Virus record (IMG/VR): IMGVR_UViG_3300032285_001268
Location: 121,263 to 185,262 of that record
Strand: one strand, 5' to 3'
Length of the DNA: 64,000 nucleotides
Origin: a virus
A program made the position numbers and the translations under genes. Shown here piece by piece: positions 48,583-58,010 of the stretch. Positions within the stretch are counted from its first letter, which is position 1. The number at the start of each line of letters is the position of its first letter. The notes under the pieces were generated by a model. That model was not told the origin of the DNA, ran no database searches, and worked only from the letters and a program-made list of their open reading frames with translations.

Positions 48583-49420
48583 AGGATTTATTGTCTTGGC
48601 ACAAAATACTGAAAAGGTTGATTATGTCCAACAGGCTTATGCATTGGCGTTATCTATTAAAATAAGTCAACCTGATATTAATAATATTAGTTTGGTTACA
48701 AATGATGTAGTTCCTGAAAATTATAAAAAAGCATTTGACAAAATAATTCCAATACCGTTCAATGACGATGCAGTTGACTCAAATTGGAAGATAGAAAATC
48801 GTTGGAAAATAATTCATGCTACACCATATGATGAAACAATGGTATTAGAAGCAGATATGTTGGTACTAGAAGATTTGTCAAATTGGTGGGAATACTGTAG
48901 TAATTTTGATTTTCGTTTATGTAATAAAATTAAAAATTATAAACAACAGTATGTTGATGAGTCTCCATATAGAAAAACATTTATAGAAAATGATTTATCT
49001 AATCCTTATTTTGCCTTGCATTATTTTAAGAAAACAGATTTAGCATTTGCCTTTTATAAATGTCTCGAGCTTATATCCTTCAATAGAGAGTTCTTTTACG
49101 GAAAATTTACCCCAAATGAATACCAAAAATGGTTAAGTATGGATCTTGCCAGTGCCATTGCTGTTAAGATGCTGGCCGCAGAAGACCTAGTATACGATGT
49201 AAATTCTCCTTTAGAATTTATACACATGAAACCGGCAATACAAGGTTGGGATCCAATTCCAGCTAGTTGGCAAGATACTGTGCCTTTCTTTCATACTAGA
49301 AGTGGTTCATTAGTAGTTGGCAATATAAAACAAAGTAAAATATTTCATTACGTGGAAAAAGATTTCATTACGAAAAAAATATTATCAAACATGGAGGCAA
49401 CTGCGTATGGCACGGAATAA
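48575..49420 (+). CDS. GT-A fold glycosyltransferase-like protein, paralog of the preceding gene
   Basis: ATPYDETMVLEADM (ExD variant), SMDLASAIA, FIHMKP. Confidence 0.6.
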   Translation: MSKGFIVLAQNTEKVDYVQQAYALALSIKISQPDINNISLVTNDVVPENYKKAFDKIIPIPFNDDAVDSNWKIENRWKIIHATPYDETMVLEADMLVLEDLSNWWEYCSNFDFRLCNKIKNYKQQYVDESPYRKTFIENDLSNPYFALHYFKKTDLAFAFYKCLELISFNREFFYGKFTPNEYQKWLSMDLASAIAVKMLAAEDLVYDVNSPLEFIHMKPAIQGWDPIPASWQDTVPFFHTRSGSLVVGNIKQSKIFHYVEKDFITKKILSNMEATAYGTE

Positions 49421-49997
49421 TGTTTGGATCGAACCTACGTTCTGGGCTTACTATGATAAAGCTACAGGAAATATTTTAGCAGTTACAAATGTTGATGATA
49501 AAAAACAAAAAAACAGAATTGAAATAACACCAGAATTACATTCTAGACTAGTAGCAGGAAAAGAAAAGTTTAGCGACTACACAGTTGGTTATCTTCGGTC
49601 GGATGATGGGAAAAATATATTATCTATAACTGCTAAAAAAGATCTTGCATTTATATTTAAAAATACAATGCTTACAGTAGTAAGCCTACCTCCTGCTGAC
49701 GATACCGATGTAATAGTTGAATGGAACAAAGAACAAGAATCTTGGTTTTTTTCGTTATCAGAAGATGCTAAAAAAACAATAGCACTCAAATTTGGTGACA
49801 TTAGAATTGTGTTTTTTGTTACATTAGAAAATGATTTTGATTTTCTTGTTAGGACGATTGTACTAAACAATGAAGATTTAATGGCAAAAGAAAAAATTCA
49901 AATACCATTTGAACATGACATTGAAACGCAAATTAATAAAATAACTATTTCTACAAAAATAGTTTATCAATCTTACGGGTTATTAGTAAATGATTAA
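49407..49997 (+). CDS. Hypothetical protein
   Basis: 196 aa, overlaps both neighbours in the operon. Confidence 0.7.
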   Translation: MARNNVWIEPTFWAYYDKATGNILAVTNVDDKKQKNRIEITPELHSRLVAGKEKFSDYTVGYLRSDDGKNILSITAKKDLAFIFKNTMLTVVSLPPADDTDVIVEWNKEQESWFFSLSEDAKKTIALKFGDIRIVFFVTLENDFDFLVRTIVLNNEDLMAKEKIQIPFEHDIETQINKITISTKIVYQSYGLLVND

Positions 49998-50883
49998 AGT
50001 TATAGAACAAGACATTATATTTTTAAGTTATGATGAGCCTAATGCAGAAAAACATTATGCTGATTTATTAAGTAAAGCGCCGTGGGCTAAACGAGTACAC
50101 GGAGTTAAAGGAAGCGATGCCGCACACAAAGCCTGTGCTAAACTAAGCGATACTGAATACTTTGTTACAGTAGATGCTGATAATATTGTTGATCCTAAGT
50201 TTCTTGAGGTTGAAATAGATATAGATGCATTAGGATTAACTCCGGATCACGTGTTTAGTTGGTGTGGAAAAGTTCATGTAAACGGACTAATGTACGGCAA
50301 TGGCGGTCTAAAAATGTGGACACGTAAGTTTGTAAACAACATGCGCACACATGAAAATTCAGATCCTAATGATGCTAAAGGACTTGTAGAATTCTGCTTT
50401 GATGACAAGTACTATCAGTTTAATGAAAACTACAGTGAGAGTTATACCAATGCAACACCATTCCAAGCATGGAGAGCAGGCTTCCGTGAAGGTGTAAAAA
50501 TGTCATTAGATCAAGGAGCGAAGGTAACTAGCTTACAAAATGTTTGGTGGCAAAACTATCATAGATTATTAATTTGGTGCAATGTCGGAGCCGATGTTGA
50601 AAATGGTTTATGGAGTATGTATGGTGCAAGAGAAGGCGCATACTTAACCAACTGTACTGATTGGAACTATGCCAATGTTCGAGACTTTGAATGGCTGACT
50701 AACGAGTGGAATGAAAAATACAGCAAGGTGACTCCTGAAATGTTACCCTATGAAATTATGGGATTGGGCGAAACCCTCAACCACGAATGTAAACTAGAAA
50801 TAGTTGATCCAGATTCAGATTGGAGCGAATTCTTTAAATCGGTTTACAATAACACTCCTAGAATTATAAGAAAACGTGTTTGA
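49990..50883 (+). CDS. Glycosyltransferase-like protein
   Basis: IIFLSYDEP, RVHGVKG..AAH, FVTVDADN (DxD), NGLMYGNGG, QAWRAGFRE. Confidence 0.55.
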   Translation: MIKVIEQDIIFLSYDEPNAEKHYADLLSKAPWAKRVHGVKGSDAAHKACAKLSDTEYFVTVDADNIVDPKFLEVEIDIDALGLTPDHVFSWCGKVHVNGLMYGNGGLKMWTRKFVNNMRTHENSDPNDAKGLVEFCFDDKYYQFNENYSESYTNATPFQAWRAGFREGVKMSLDQGAKVTSLQNVWWQNYHRLLIWCNVGADVENGLWSMYGAREGAYLTNCTDWNYANVRDFEWLTNEWNEKYSKVTPEMLPYEIMGLGETLNHECKLEIVDPDSDWSEFFKSVYNNTPRIIRKRV

Positions 50884-51928
50884 TATATTTTATGTCGGTC
50901 AAGAATCTGACCAATGGATACAACTAAAAGAAAAATACCCGTTATCTCATCGGGTGGATACTTTTGCCGAGGCACAAAAACGTGCCTTTACAAAAATGTT
51001 TTGGGTGGTATGGGATGATTTAATTTTAGAATCATCTTTTAAATTTGATTATAAAGTTCCTGATTACGATCGTCACTACATTCATGTTTTTAAAAATGGA
51101 AAGTTTTATGACGGTGTAACACTATTTCCAAAAAGTGTTTCTGTTTCTAATAGAGAATTAGATTATAGATTTTATGCTAGTAAAAAAGAAATAGACATAC
51201 AGGCTAGTTTACCAAAACCGTTTGATGTTGTCTTTATAAGTTTTTATGAAAATTTTGCAGACAAGAATTTTGAAATATTGCAGAAAAGATTAAACAAATC
51301 TATTCAGCGTGTAAACGGTGTAAAAGGAATTCATAAGGCACATATACAAGCCGCAACTCTAGCATCCACTAGAATGTTTTGGGTAGTTGATGCTGATGCA
51401 GAAATAGTTCCTGATTTTAATTTTAACTATCAGGTAATTAGACACAATCAGGATTCTGTATTTGTTTGGAGAAGTCGCAATCCTATTAATAATTTAGAAT
51501 ACGGTTATGGTGGTGTAAAGCTATTACCAAAAAAATTAACCCTGTCTATGGACATTACTAAACCGGATATGACTACTAGTATTAGTTCTAAGTTTGTTGC
51601 AGTAGACGAAGTAAGCAATATTACTGCATTTAATACAGATCCATTTAGTGCTTGGAGATCGGCATTTAGAGAGTGTACCAAATTAGCTTCTCGATCAATA
51701 CAAGGTCAAATTAGCGAAGAAACTAGCGAACGTTTAAATGGTTGGTGTACATTAAATGACAATGCGCAATATGGATTTTATGCATATATGGGCGCACTTG
51801 CTGGTCGAAGGTACGGAGAAAAAAATGCCTCCAATCCAGAGGCACTGGGTAAAATAAATGATTTTACTTGGCTAGAAGATCTGTGGCTAGCGGAAAAATC
51901 TCAGATATCACTCGAGCACAAGCAATAG
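50876..51928 (+). CDS. Glycosyltransferase-like protein with an internal duplication
   Basis: Two units (MFDIFY...MFWVVWDD and PFDVVFIS...MFWVVDADA), YGYGGVKL, SAWRSAFRE; paralog of 49990. Confidence 0.55.
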   Translation: MFDIFYVGQESDQWIQLKEKYPLSHRVDTFAEAQKRAFTKMFWVVWDDLILESSFKFDYKVPDYDRHYIHVFKNGKFYDGVTLFPKSVSVSNRELDYRFYASKKEIDIQASLPKPFDVVFISFYENFADKNFEILQKRLNKSIQRVNGVKGIHKAHIQAATLASTRMFWVVDADAEIVPDFNFNYQVIRHNQDSVFVWRSRNPINNLEYGYGGVKLLPKKLTLSMDITKPDMTTSISSKFVAVDEVSNITAFNTDPFSAWRSAFRECTKLASRSIQGQISEETSERLNGWCTLNDNAQYGFYAYMGALAGRRYGEKNASNPEALGKINDFTWLEDLWLAEKSQISLEHKQ

Positions 51929-52532
51929 CAACTTCTTGATGCTCTAATTGTGTACCGTTAGCACTACGTAATTCAATAAAATGAATCCAACTACGCAATG
52001 TGCCGTTCATATATAAACGACTTTCAGTAAGTCCTTCTGGTAGTACTGCGCGAGCCTGCTCCTTGGCAATGCCTTTTGCAATAGCTTCTTCGTAGGCTAC
52101 GCGAGCCTGCTCAATGATCCACTTTTGCTTGGCATCCCACCATGCTTGTAACTCTGTATCATTTGTTTGGATGCTGTTCTGCCTATTGGCGGTGTCTTGG
52201 AGTCTTGCTTCTCTGGTAACGAATGCAAGATCTTTAGTAGGGTCTGCGTATCGTTGAGAAAATTCTTGAAAGCTAAAAGATCTATGTCGTAAGATTTGTC
52301 GGGCAATGTCTCTTGTTGTGGTAATTTCGATGCAGGCTGAGACCATTTCGAGTGGGCTCCAGTGCTGGTGTTTGATGAGGTATTTGATGAGTTTTGTTGA
52401 TGTTTCGGTGTTAAGTTGGTTGCTAGGATTGCTGACACGGGCGCAATACGCAATGAGTTCCTGCGCATCTGTGATACCAAGATCTGTAAATTCCTGTGTG
52501 GGCTGTGAGTAACTGAGTAATCGAACATTCAT
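51864..52532 (-). CDS. thyX: FAD-dependent thymidylate synthase
   Basis: HWSPLEM, ARQILRHRSFSFQEFSQRY (RHRx7S), EQARAVLP, Q.EH. Confidence 0.97.
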   Translation of the reverse strand: MNVRLLSYSQPTQEFTDLGITDAQELIAYCARVSNPSNQLNTETSTKLIKYLIKHQHWSPLEMVSACIEITTTRDIARQILRHRSFSFQEFSQRYADPTKDLAFVTREARLQDTANRQNSIQTNDTELQAWWDAKQKWIIEQARVAYEEAIAKGIAKEQARAVLPEGLTESRLYMNGTLRSWIHFIELRSANGTQLEHQEVAIACARVISEIFPLATDLLAK

Positions 52533-52852
52533 TATAGCTTCTTTTTCTTAAGGAATTTTTGAGTTTCTTTTTCTATATCTTTTCGTACACGATGGGTGTC
52601 CAATTTGAAATCAACGTTTTCTATTCTATCGTCATAGTTACTAACTAATTCCGACAGTTGTTTTTCAAATCGTCCCCATCCTTCTTTTTTGGTACGAGAT
52701 GTTATTTTTATTTCCCAAGTTTTGCCGTCTTTAAAATTCACCAACACAGAATGGAGATACCCTATAGGTAAGACATTTAAATCTACCTCGCCGAATATTT
52801 CTGGCCAATGTGCAACAACGTCCTTGGGAAGTTTCCTTCCCCTTTTTGTCAC
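52532..52852 (-). CDS. Hypothetical protein
   Basis: 106 aa, coupled to neighbours. Confidence 0.7.
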   Translation of the reverse strand: MTKRGRKLPKDVVAHWPEIFGEVDLNVLPIGYLHSVLVNFKDGKTWEIKITSRTKKEGWGRFEKQLSELVSNYDDRIENVDFKLDTHRVRKDIEKETQKFLKKKKL

Positions 52853-53499
52853 GCTGTAGCTTTAACCTTCTTTTGTGTCGGTACTAGTTCTTCAGCTTTG
52901 CGACGCATTTCAGCGGCTTGCTTGGCTAGCTTGTCTGCTTGGCTACGGAAAAACTTTGCTTGTTCTTCTGGGCTTGCATTAGAGTCAAGGACTGCATCTG
53001 GTGTTACACTAGCAGAAGTAATTTTAACTGATTCATCTAGCTTTTCAACTTTAGCAAGTTCTTTTACTTCGGCAGCGTCTTTAGCTTGTGTAGCCTGCTT
53101 TTCGTCAAACGTTGGTTTAACAGCAAGTTGGTCAACAGTCAAACCGCGTTGTTCTGCGATTAGTTGATTCAACTCTGATAGTTGAACTGACACACCTGGA
53201 CTTGGAGTCATTTCAATAGTGCTGGTGCCCATTTTTAGTAGACGGCCATTTTGGTGTAACCAAACAAGCATATTACTGCCATCTGGGAATGTGGAACGCA
53301 TTAGCAGTTCGGCAAACTCCCAAGCATCTTGTGCTGATTGGCCTTCAACTAAATTGATAATAGCGTTGTGGAATGCATCATCTAATGAGTCAGTTGGAAT
53401 AACCAAACATGATGATGATTCTCCTGGTAGCGTACGATATGCTACTAAACATCTTTGCTTAGTAGATATAATACGGCCTACGTGTTTGAGTTCAGCCAT
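52849..53499 (-). CDS. Hypothetical protein
   Basis: 216 aa with a coiled-coil-like C-terminus. Confidence 0.75.
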   Translation of the reverse strand: MAELKHVGRIISTKQRCLVAYRTLPGESSSCLVIPTDSLDDAFHNAIINLVEGQSAQDAWEFAELLMRSTFPDGSNMLVWLHQNGRLLKMGTSTIEMTPSPGVSVQLSELNQLIAEQRGLTVDQLAVKPTFDEKQATQAKDAAEVKELAKVEKLDESVKITSASVTPDAVLDSNASPEEQAKFFRSQADKLAKQAAEMRRKAEELVPTQKKVKATA

Positions 53500-53500
53500 A

Positions 53501-53764
53501 TTAAACTCCTAGACCGGCGGCGGCACTTGCTGTAGCGTCTGCTTCTGGTTGTGATGCACCTGCTTTTTCAGCGGCGGCTTGTTGTTCTGCTACTTTCTCT
53601 AAGAAAGATGATAGCTTATTATATGTCGAACCTACTGCGACCATTTCGTTAGGTTTAAATGCACCACGTTGGCTAGCAATATCAATGATAGCTTTCATAG
53701 CGTTTAAATCGTTAATAGTAAGATCGTTACTGTTTTGTGCGGCTTGTTGTGTAGTATCTGTCAT
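53501..53764 (-). CDS. Hypothetical protein
   Basis: 87 aa, AAGGAG RBS. Confidence 0.75.
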   Translation of the reverse strand: MTDTTQQAAQNSNDLTINDLNAMKAIIDIASQRGAFKPNEMVAVGSTYNKLSSFLEKVAEQQAAAEKAGASQPEADATASAAAGLGV

Positions 53765-53790
53765 GGTATCTCCTTAAAATACAAACTTAA

Positions 53791-54078
53791 TTATCTGAGT
53801 TGTAAATGAGGACAGGCAATCTTGAAGAAACTGAGTTCTTTTTCACTTTCAAAACCGATTTGTGTAACATGAATAAAACTGTTACCATCGCCGAGTGCAA
53901 TTCCCTGTCCTATATAGTACCTATTATTTAGATTATTTTTAATCCAGGTATCTAATTTTTGAACGAATTGCGGGTTATACTTTTCTATATTGGTATACTT
54001 AAAATGCGGAGCGGCAAACTCAACCCTCCGCAAGTTGAAATAATTTAGAGGATTGGGTTTACCATTCTTTAAGCTCAT
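53791..54078 (-). CDS. Hypothetical protein
   Basis: 95 aa, overlaps the stop of the VWA gene. Confidence 0.7.
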   Translation of the reverse strand: MSLKNGKPNPLNYFNLRRVEFAAPHFKYTNIEKYNPQFVQKLDTWIKNNLNNRYYIGQGIALGDGNSFIHVTQIGFESEKELSFFKIACPHLQLR

Positions 54079-55262
54079 GCAGGAACCTTACTGAACTCGT
54101 AGTATGCGTACTCGCCAAATGGTGGAACAATTTTGTCATTGCCGTGGATAATGAATACTGTATCACAGTAGTTTTCATCACCCCATGAACCAAACGGATA
54201 TCCGTCTGTAAACATGATAAACTTCTTAGGGTTAATATCATGTTCTTTCATGTATTCCCAGTTACAGTCAAAGTCAGTGCCACCACCGCCCATTGGCTCG
54301 TATTCATCAAACTCACCTACAGTATAACCGTCGAAGTCTGCTTCATTATACACTCGGGTGTCAAAGCACCATACTTTAATTTTAAAGTCTTGGTATTCTT
54401 GCATAATACCTTTGATTTCTGACAAAAAGTCTTTTGCTTGGTCGTCACCGATAGAGCCTGACATGTCAATGCCAACACAAATATCAATTGTTTCTTGAAA
54501 TTGTTGGCCCGGCAATACTGCGTTCATGTGCCAACCTTTTCGGTTAGGACGCATAAACGAATAGTCATTTTTAATAACACTTTGGATTTGTTGACGTAGG
54601 ATTTCACGCCAATTCATTTTAGGCTCAGTAAAATCTTTGATCATTCGTTGAACACTGGCAGGTGTATTACCTGCACCTGCGGCTTGAGCAGCCTGCACAG
54701 TGGCTTCGCGGATCTCGTCTCGGATTTGTTTAAGTTCTTCTTTGGTATAAGAAGGACGCTTACCTGAACCGTCTTTGTCACCCCAGTCAATGTGTTCGTC
54801 GAGTAATTGTCCAAGAGCATTTAATTCTTCCTCGTCCATTTCGTCAAAAATCTTGTCGTATACTTCTTCTGCACCCATACCGTAGTACTTTTGGTCATGG
54901 AAGATTTTAATGTCGGGAATTTGGTGATCACCGATGCGGTCACGTACTAATTGTCCGTTAACGCAATAGTCTGCGGCAATGTTAAAAATCTTTGCATCAC
55001 GGCCTTCACGGCGCATCATGTGATCAAATACATTATGTAGGATTTCGTGTGCAATGACAAATTCGATTTGTTTAATTGTAAGTTTTTCAAAAAACTCACG
55101 ATTAAAATAGATATGGCGACCGTCAGTTGCGGCAGTCGGCAACCATTCAGATCCTTCTTCAATTTTAAGGCGTGTAGCCATATTACCAAAGAACGGATGA
55201 CGTAATAGTAGTCCTACGCGAGCTACAATAATTTTATCGATAATTGGATCTTGATGTCCCAT
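54075..55262 (-). CDS. Metallopeptidase-like plus VWA domain protein (DUF2201-type)
   Basis: AATDG, HEILH (HExxH), MIDAS DMSGS, GGGTDF, FTDG. Confidence 0.88.
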   Translation of the reverse strand: MGHQDPIIDKIIVARVGLLLRHPFFGNMATRLKIEEGSEWLPTAATDGRHIYFNREFFEKLTIKQIEFVIAHEILHNVFDHMMRREGRDAKIFNIAADYCVNGQLVRDRIGDHQIPDIKIFHDQKYYGMGAEEVYDKIFDEMDEEELNALGQLLDEHIDWGDKDGSGKRPSYTKEELKQIRDEIREATVQAAQAAGAGNTPASVQRMIKDFTEPKMNWREILRQQIQSVIKNDYSFMRPNRKGWHMNAVLPGQQFQETIDICVGIDMSGSIGDDQAKDFLSEIKGIMQEYQDFKIKVWCFDTRVYNEADFDGYTVGEFDEYEPMGGGGTDFDCNWEYMKEHDINPKKFIMFTDGYPFGSWGDENYCDTVFIIHGNDKIVPPFGEYAYYEFSKVPA

Positions 55263-55287
55263 GAATGCTCCTTAACTGTATGTATAT

Positions 55288-55316
55288 ATTATAACACCGC
55301 CCGGAGGCGGTGTCAA
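55288..55316 (-). promoter_or_regulatory. Consensus sigma70 promoter TTGACA-17-TATAAT whose spacer is a perfect 8-bp inverted repeat
   Basis: -35 at 55311-55316, -10 at 55288-55293; ACACCGCC-CGGA-GGCGGTGT at 55294-55313. Confidence 0.8.
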
Positions 55317-55327
55317 TCTTACCAATA

Positions 55328-56416
55328 TTACTTTTCAGTTGCTTGGCTAATGTACTTACCAAACTTGCTGTGGAACTCATCGAAGCAAGAAATTTCGTCT
55401 GGATCTAATGGCAATTTGTAGGTACTCAATGCCAATTTAGTGCCCATGATAACCAATTCTGTTTCAAAATTATCCATAATGAAACGGAAGAAGTTATTAA
55501 CTTGTTCATTCCAATTCTTAGCCTTCTTGTCACAGGCATCCTTAAGTTCATAGCACAATGATACAGTTAAAGAGTACATTGCTGAAATCTCTTTAGTATC
55601 CATCTTTTTAACCTTGCCACTTAGGATGTCGCTTGGGTTAGGCATCTTGCTTGCAACTTTACGGTGCGCCATAAACTTAACAGCAAGACCTTCTCCTACA
55701 GAACCACTAACCAAATCGGTTAATGTATCAGTATCTGTATCGTCGTCATGCAACAACTCGCTTACAAATGACCAAGAACGTGGTGTTGCAAAAGCACGTG
55801 AACTAGATTTTGGATCAAAATCGTACAAGTCCTTCTTGCTAAAAGTAAGGAAACCAACCACGTCTTTATGGACACGATTTTCTGCCGCCCACTCAAAATA
55901 GTCATCCCAGTCTACAGCCATCTCTAAGTGAACGAAACGATTAGCCAACGGAGCAGGCATACGATAAGTAACACCTTTGTCGCTTTCGCGGTTACCTGCG
56001 GCAACAAGTACTACATTGTCTGGCAAAGTGTAAGCACCAACACGGCGATTCAAAATAAGCTGATAAGCGGCAGCCTGCACACTAGGAGCCGCAGAATTCA
56101 TTTCGTCTAGGAAAAGAATAACGGATTTATGTTTTGATGCAAGAGCATTGCTTGGCAATTCTGCTGGCGGAGCCCAACGCATAGTACCATCATTGCTATC
56201 AAAATATGGAATACCTTTAATGTCAGTAGGTTCCCACAAACTCAAACGAACGTCAATGACATGAGCATCTAGTTCAGTGCCGAGTTGTTTGATAATGTCT
56301 GACTTACCAATTCCGGGAGGACCCCAGATGAAAATTGGACGTTTGTTTTTAAAAGCCTTACGCAAAGACTTTTTGGCACCGCTTGGACCTACTGTGCGAC
56401 TGGTAATTTCTGCCAT
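55328..56416 (-). CDS. MoxR-like AAA+ ATPase
   Basis: WGPPGIGKS, LFLDEMN, AAGNR, PLANRF, TPRSW. Confidence 0.9.
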   Translation of the reverse strand: MAEITSRTVGPSGAKKSLRKAFKNKRPIFIWGPPGIGKSDIIKQLGTELDAHVIDVRLSLWEPTDIKGIPYFDSNDGTMRWAPPAELPSNALASKHKSVILFLDEMNSAAPSVQAAAYQLILNRRVGAYTLPDNVVLVAAGNRESDKGVTYRMPAPLANRFVHLEMAVDWDDYFEWAAENRVHKDVVGFLTFSKKDLYDFDPKSSSRAFATPRSWSFVSELLHDDDTDTDTLTDLVSGSVGEGLAVKFMAHRKVASKMPNPSDILSGKVKKMDTKEISAMYSLTVSLCYELKDACDKKAKNWNEQVNNFFRFIMDNFETELVIMGTKLALSTYKLPLDPDEISCFDEFHSKFGKYISQATEK

Positions 56417-56471
56417 TTTGTTTCCTATCTTAAAAGTGTGGTTGAATAAACCTTGCGTTGTTTATGTATGT

Positions 56472-56500
56472 ATTATACGGCAGATAGGAGGTACTGTCAA
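56472..56500 (-). promoter_or_regulatory. Consensus sigma70 promoter TTGACA-17-TATAAT
   Basis: -35 at 56495-56500, -10 at 56472-56477; shares AGATTGACA and downstream TACATA with the 55288 promoter. Confidence 0.85.
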
Positions 56501-56919
56501 TCTGTTTTAGGATTGTTTTGGGTGTTTTGGGCTAACTCTTTTTCTCTTTCGGACATGGCTTTTATGAGTCCAAATTTTCTTATGTCGTCGGAGAACATAA
56601 ACAGCTCAAAACTCTTTCTTTCGGAAAAAACTGTAATACTTTCTATTGTTAAGTAGTATGGACAATCAACATATCTTTCCAAAAATATTAAAGTTTGGGG
56701 ACTTAGCTCAATTGGTTCAGTAAATGGGATTTCGTAAGATCGTAGATCTAGTGTTTCGGTTAAAAATTCGTAACCTTCGTCGCTAAGGCGGAATGCAGTT
56801 TGTTTACTTGATCGATTGGATTGCCACCATTTTCGATTATAAATTTCAAAGTTTGCATCGTCAATACTTTTGCCCCATTGCTGGAGGAAAATTTTTGTCA
56901 ATGCATCTCTTGGAATCAT
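56497..56919 (-). CDS. Hypothetical protein
   Basis: 140 aa, tightly packed. Confidence 0.7.
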   Translation of the reverse strand: MIPRDALTKIFLQQWGKSIDDANFEIYNRKWWQSNRSSKQTAFRLSDEGYEFLTETLDLRSYEIPFTEPIELSPQTLIFLERYVDCPYYLTIESITVFSERKSFELFMFSDDIRKFGLIKAMSEREKELAQNTQNNPKTD

Positions 56920-56920
56920 T

Positions 56921-57205
56921 TTATTTTACGATGGTACCGCTGGTTAATTTGACTACTTGAAAGTCTTCGGAATTGAATGTTGAATTTAATTTCTTGGCAA
57001 GATTATGTGCGTGGCCTGGATTTGAAAAACTAACTTTTTTATATTTTGGACCAGGATAGCTCGTGAGGCTATTAAAGCTCTTTAGATTAAAAGGCTCATT
57101 TTTATAGAAGACAGCCCAAATTGCTTCTGCCTCTAAAACCTGCTCTGCTTTGTAGGTTTTTTTATTAACATGTTCTAAAAGAACTTTTGGTTTAGGTCTG
57201 CTCAT
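56921..57205 (-). CDS. Hypothetical basic protein
   Basis: 94 aa: MSRPKPKVLLE...YPGPKYKKVSFSNPGHA.NLAKKLN. Confidence 0.75.
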   Translation of the reverse strand: MSRPKPKVLLEHVNKKTYKAEQVLEAEAIWAVFYKNEPFNLKSFNSLTSYPGPKYKKVSFSNPGHAHNLAKKLNSTFNSEDFQVVKLTSGTIVK

Positions 57206-57240
57206 ATATACGTTCCAAATAAAGTACGTATATATTTAGC

Positions 57241-57489
57241 TTATTTTGTCGGATCGAACCCGCCACCATCCATGTTAATGGTTATAACTTCGCTATTGCT
57301 ACTATTTTTAAGAGCATTGTACAAGTTATCGTAATCTTGTATAAGTTTATCCTGAATTTCAGCCAAAGCCAACGATAGCAATCTTGCCTGCTGTATAGGA
57401 AGTTTTACTTCCTTTTGTTGGCTTTGTTCTGCCGCACGGAGAATTTGTATAAATTGTGTAATTGGCGTAAGATTAATCTGATTTTGCAT
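57241..57489 (-). CDS. Hypothetical protein
   Basis: 82 aa ending MDGGGF. Confidence 0.65.
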   Translation of the reverse strand: MQNQINLTPITQFIQILRAAEQSQQKEVKLPIQQARLLSLALAEIQDKLIQDYDNLYNALKNSSNSEVITINMDGGGFDPTK

Positions 57490-57952
57490 GGCTCAATACC
57501 GTTTTCATTTCTAACTCAGATTTGAACGGACCTTTTGATGGATAACGTTCTATTGTAATTGCTTTAGGACAAAATGACTTTACCCATCCTTTGTCAAATT
57601 TAATTACATAGTAGCCTGCACAATATAAACTCTTGCTAGCATTACTTTTGGTAAACAATGGTAGTTTACGTCTTACGTCATACATAGCATTGTAAGGTTT
57701 ACAACTGGTTGGATAACCGTGGCATTCGTGATTTTCTGGAACAGTAACTTTAACCTTGGTGCTGGTTAAAAAGAAACCTTCTCCAAATTGTTTAGTAAGG
57801 TCTTGTTTTTTATTAAACATGACTTCACCGGTTGTACTTGATAGTACAAATTTATTATTTTCTTTTTTATGTAGAGTAGCGACTTTAGCACCGTCCTGTT
57901 CTACAATCCAAAATTTGCCATCGACGATGGGCTTTGCGTGTATTTCTGTCAT
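57473..57952 (-). CDS. Hypothetical protein
   Basis: 159 aa; late-type GATAAATA upstream at 58003-58010. Confidence 0.75.
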   Translation of the reverse strand: MTEIHAKPIVDGKFWIVEQDGAKVATLHKKENNKFVLSSTTGEVMFNKKQDLTKQFGEGFFLTSTKVKVTVPENHECHGYPTSCKPYNAMYDVRRKLPLFTKSNASKSLYCAGYYVIKFDKGWVKSFCPKAITIERYPSKGPFKSELEMKTVLSHAKSD

Positions 57953-58002
57953 TTTAGTCCCCTTTATAAGAGCCCCGTAGGCACTCTATTAATGTACGCA
58001 TA

Positions 58003-58010
58003 TATTTATC
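58003..58010 (-). promoter_or_regulatory. Late promoter GATAAATA
   Basis: Overlaps the stop codon of the 42-aa ORF; 50 nt upstream of ATG 57952. Confidence 0.55.

Noticed and set aside
52097-52528. 143-aa plus-strand ORF, and the 245-aa ORF at 60066-60803
   Set aside because: They lie opposite well-supported genes (thyX; RNase H and its neighbour) and have no motifs.
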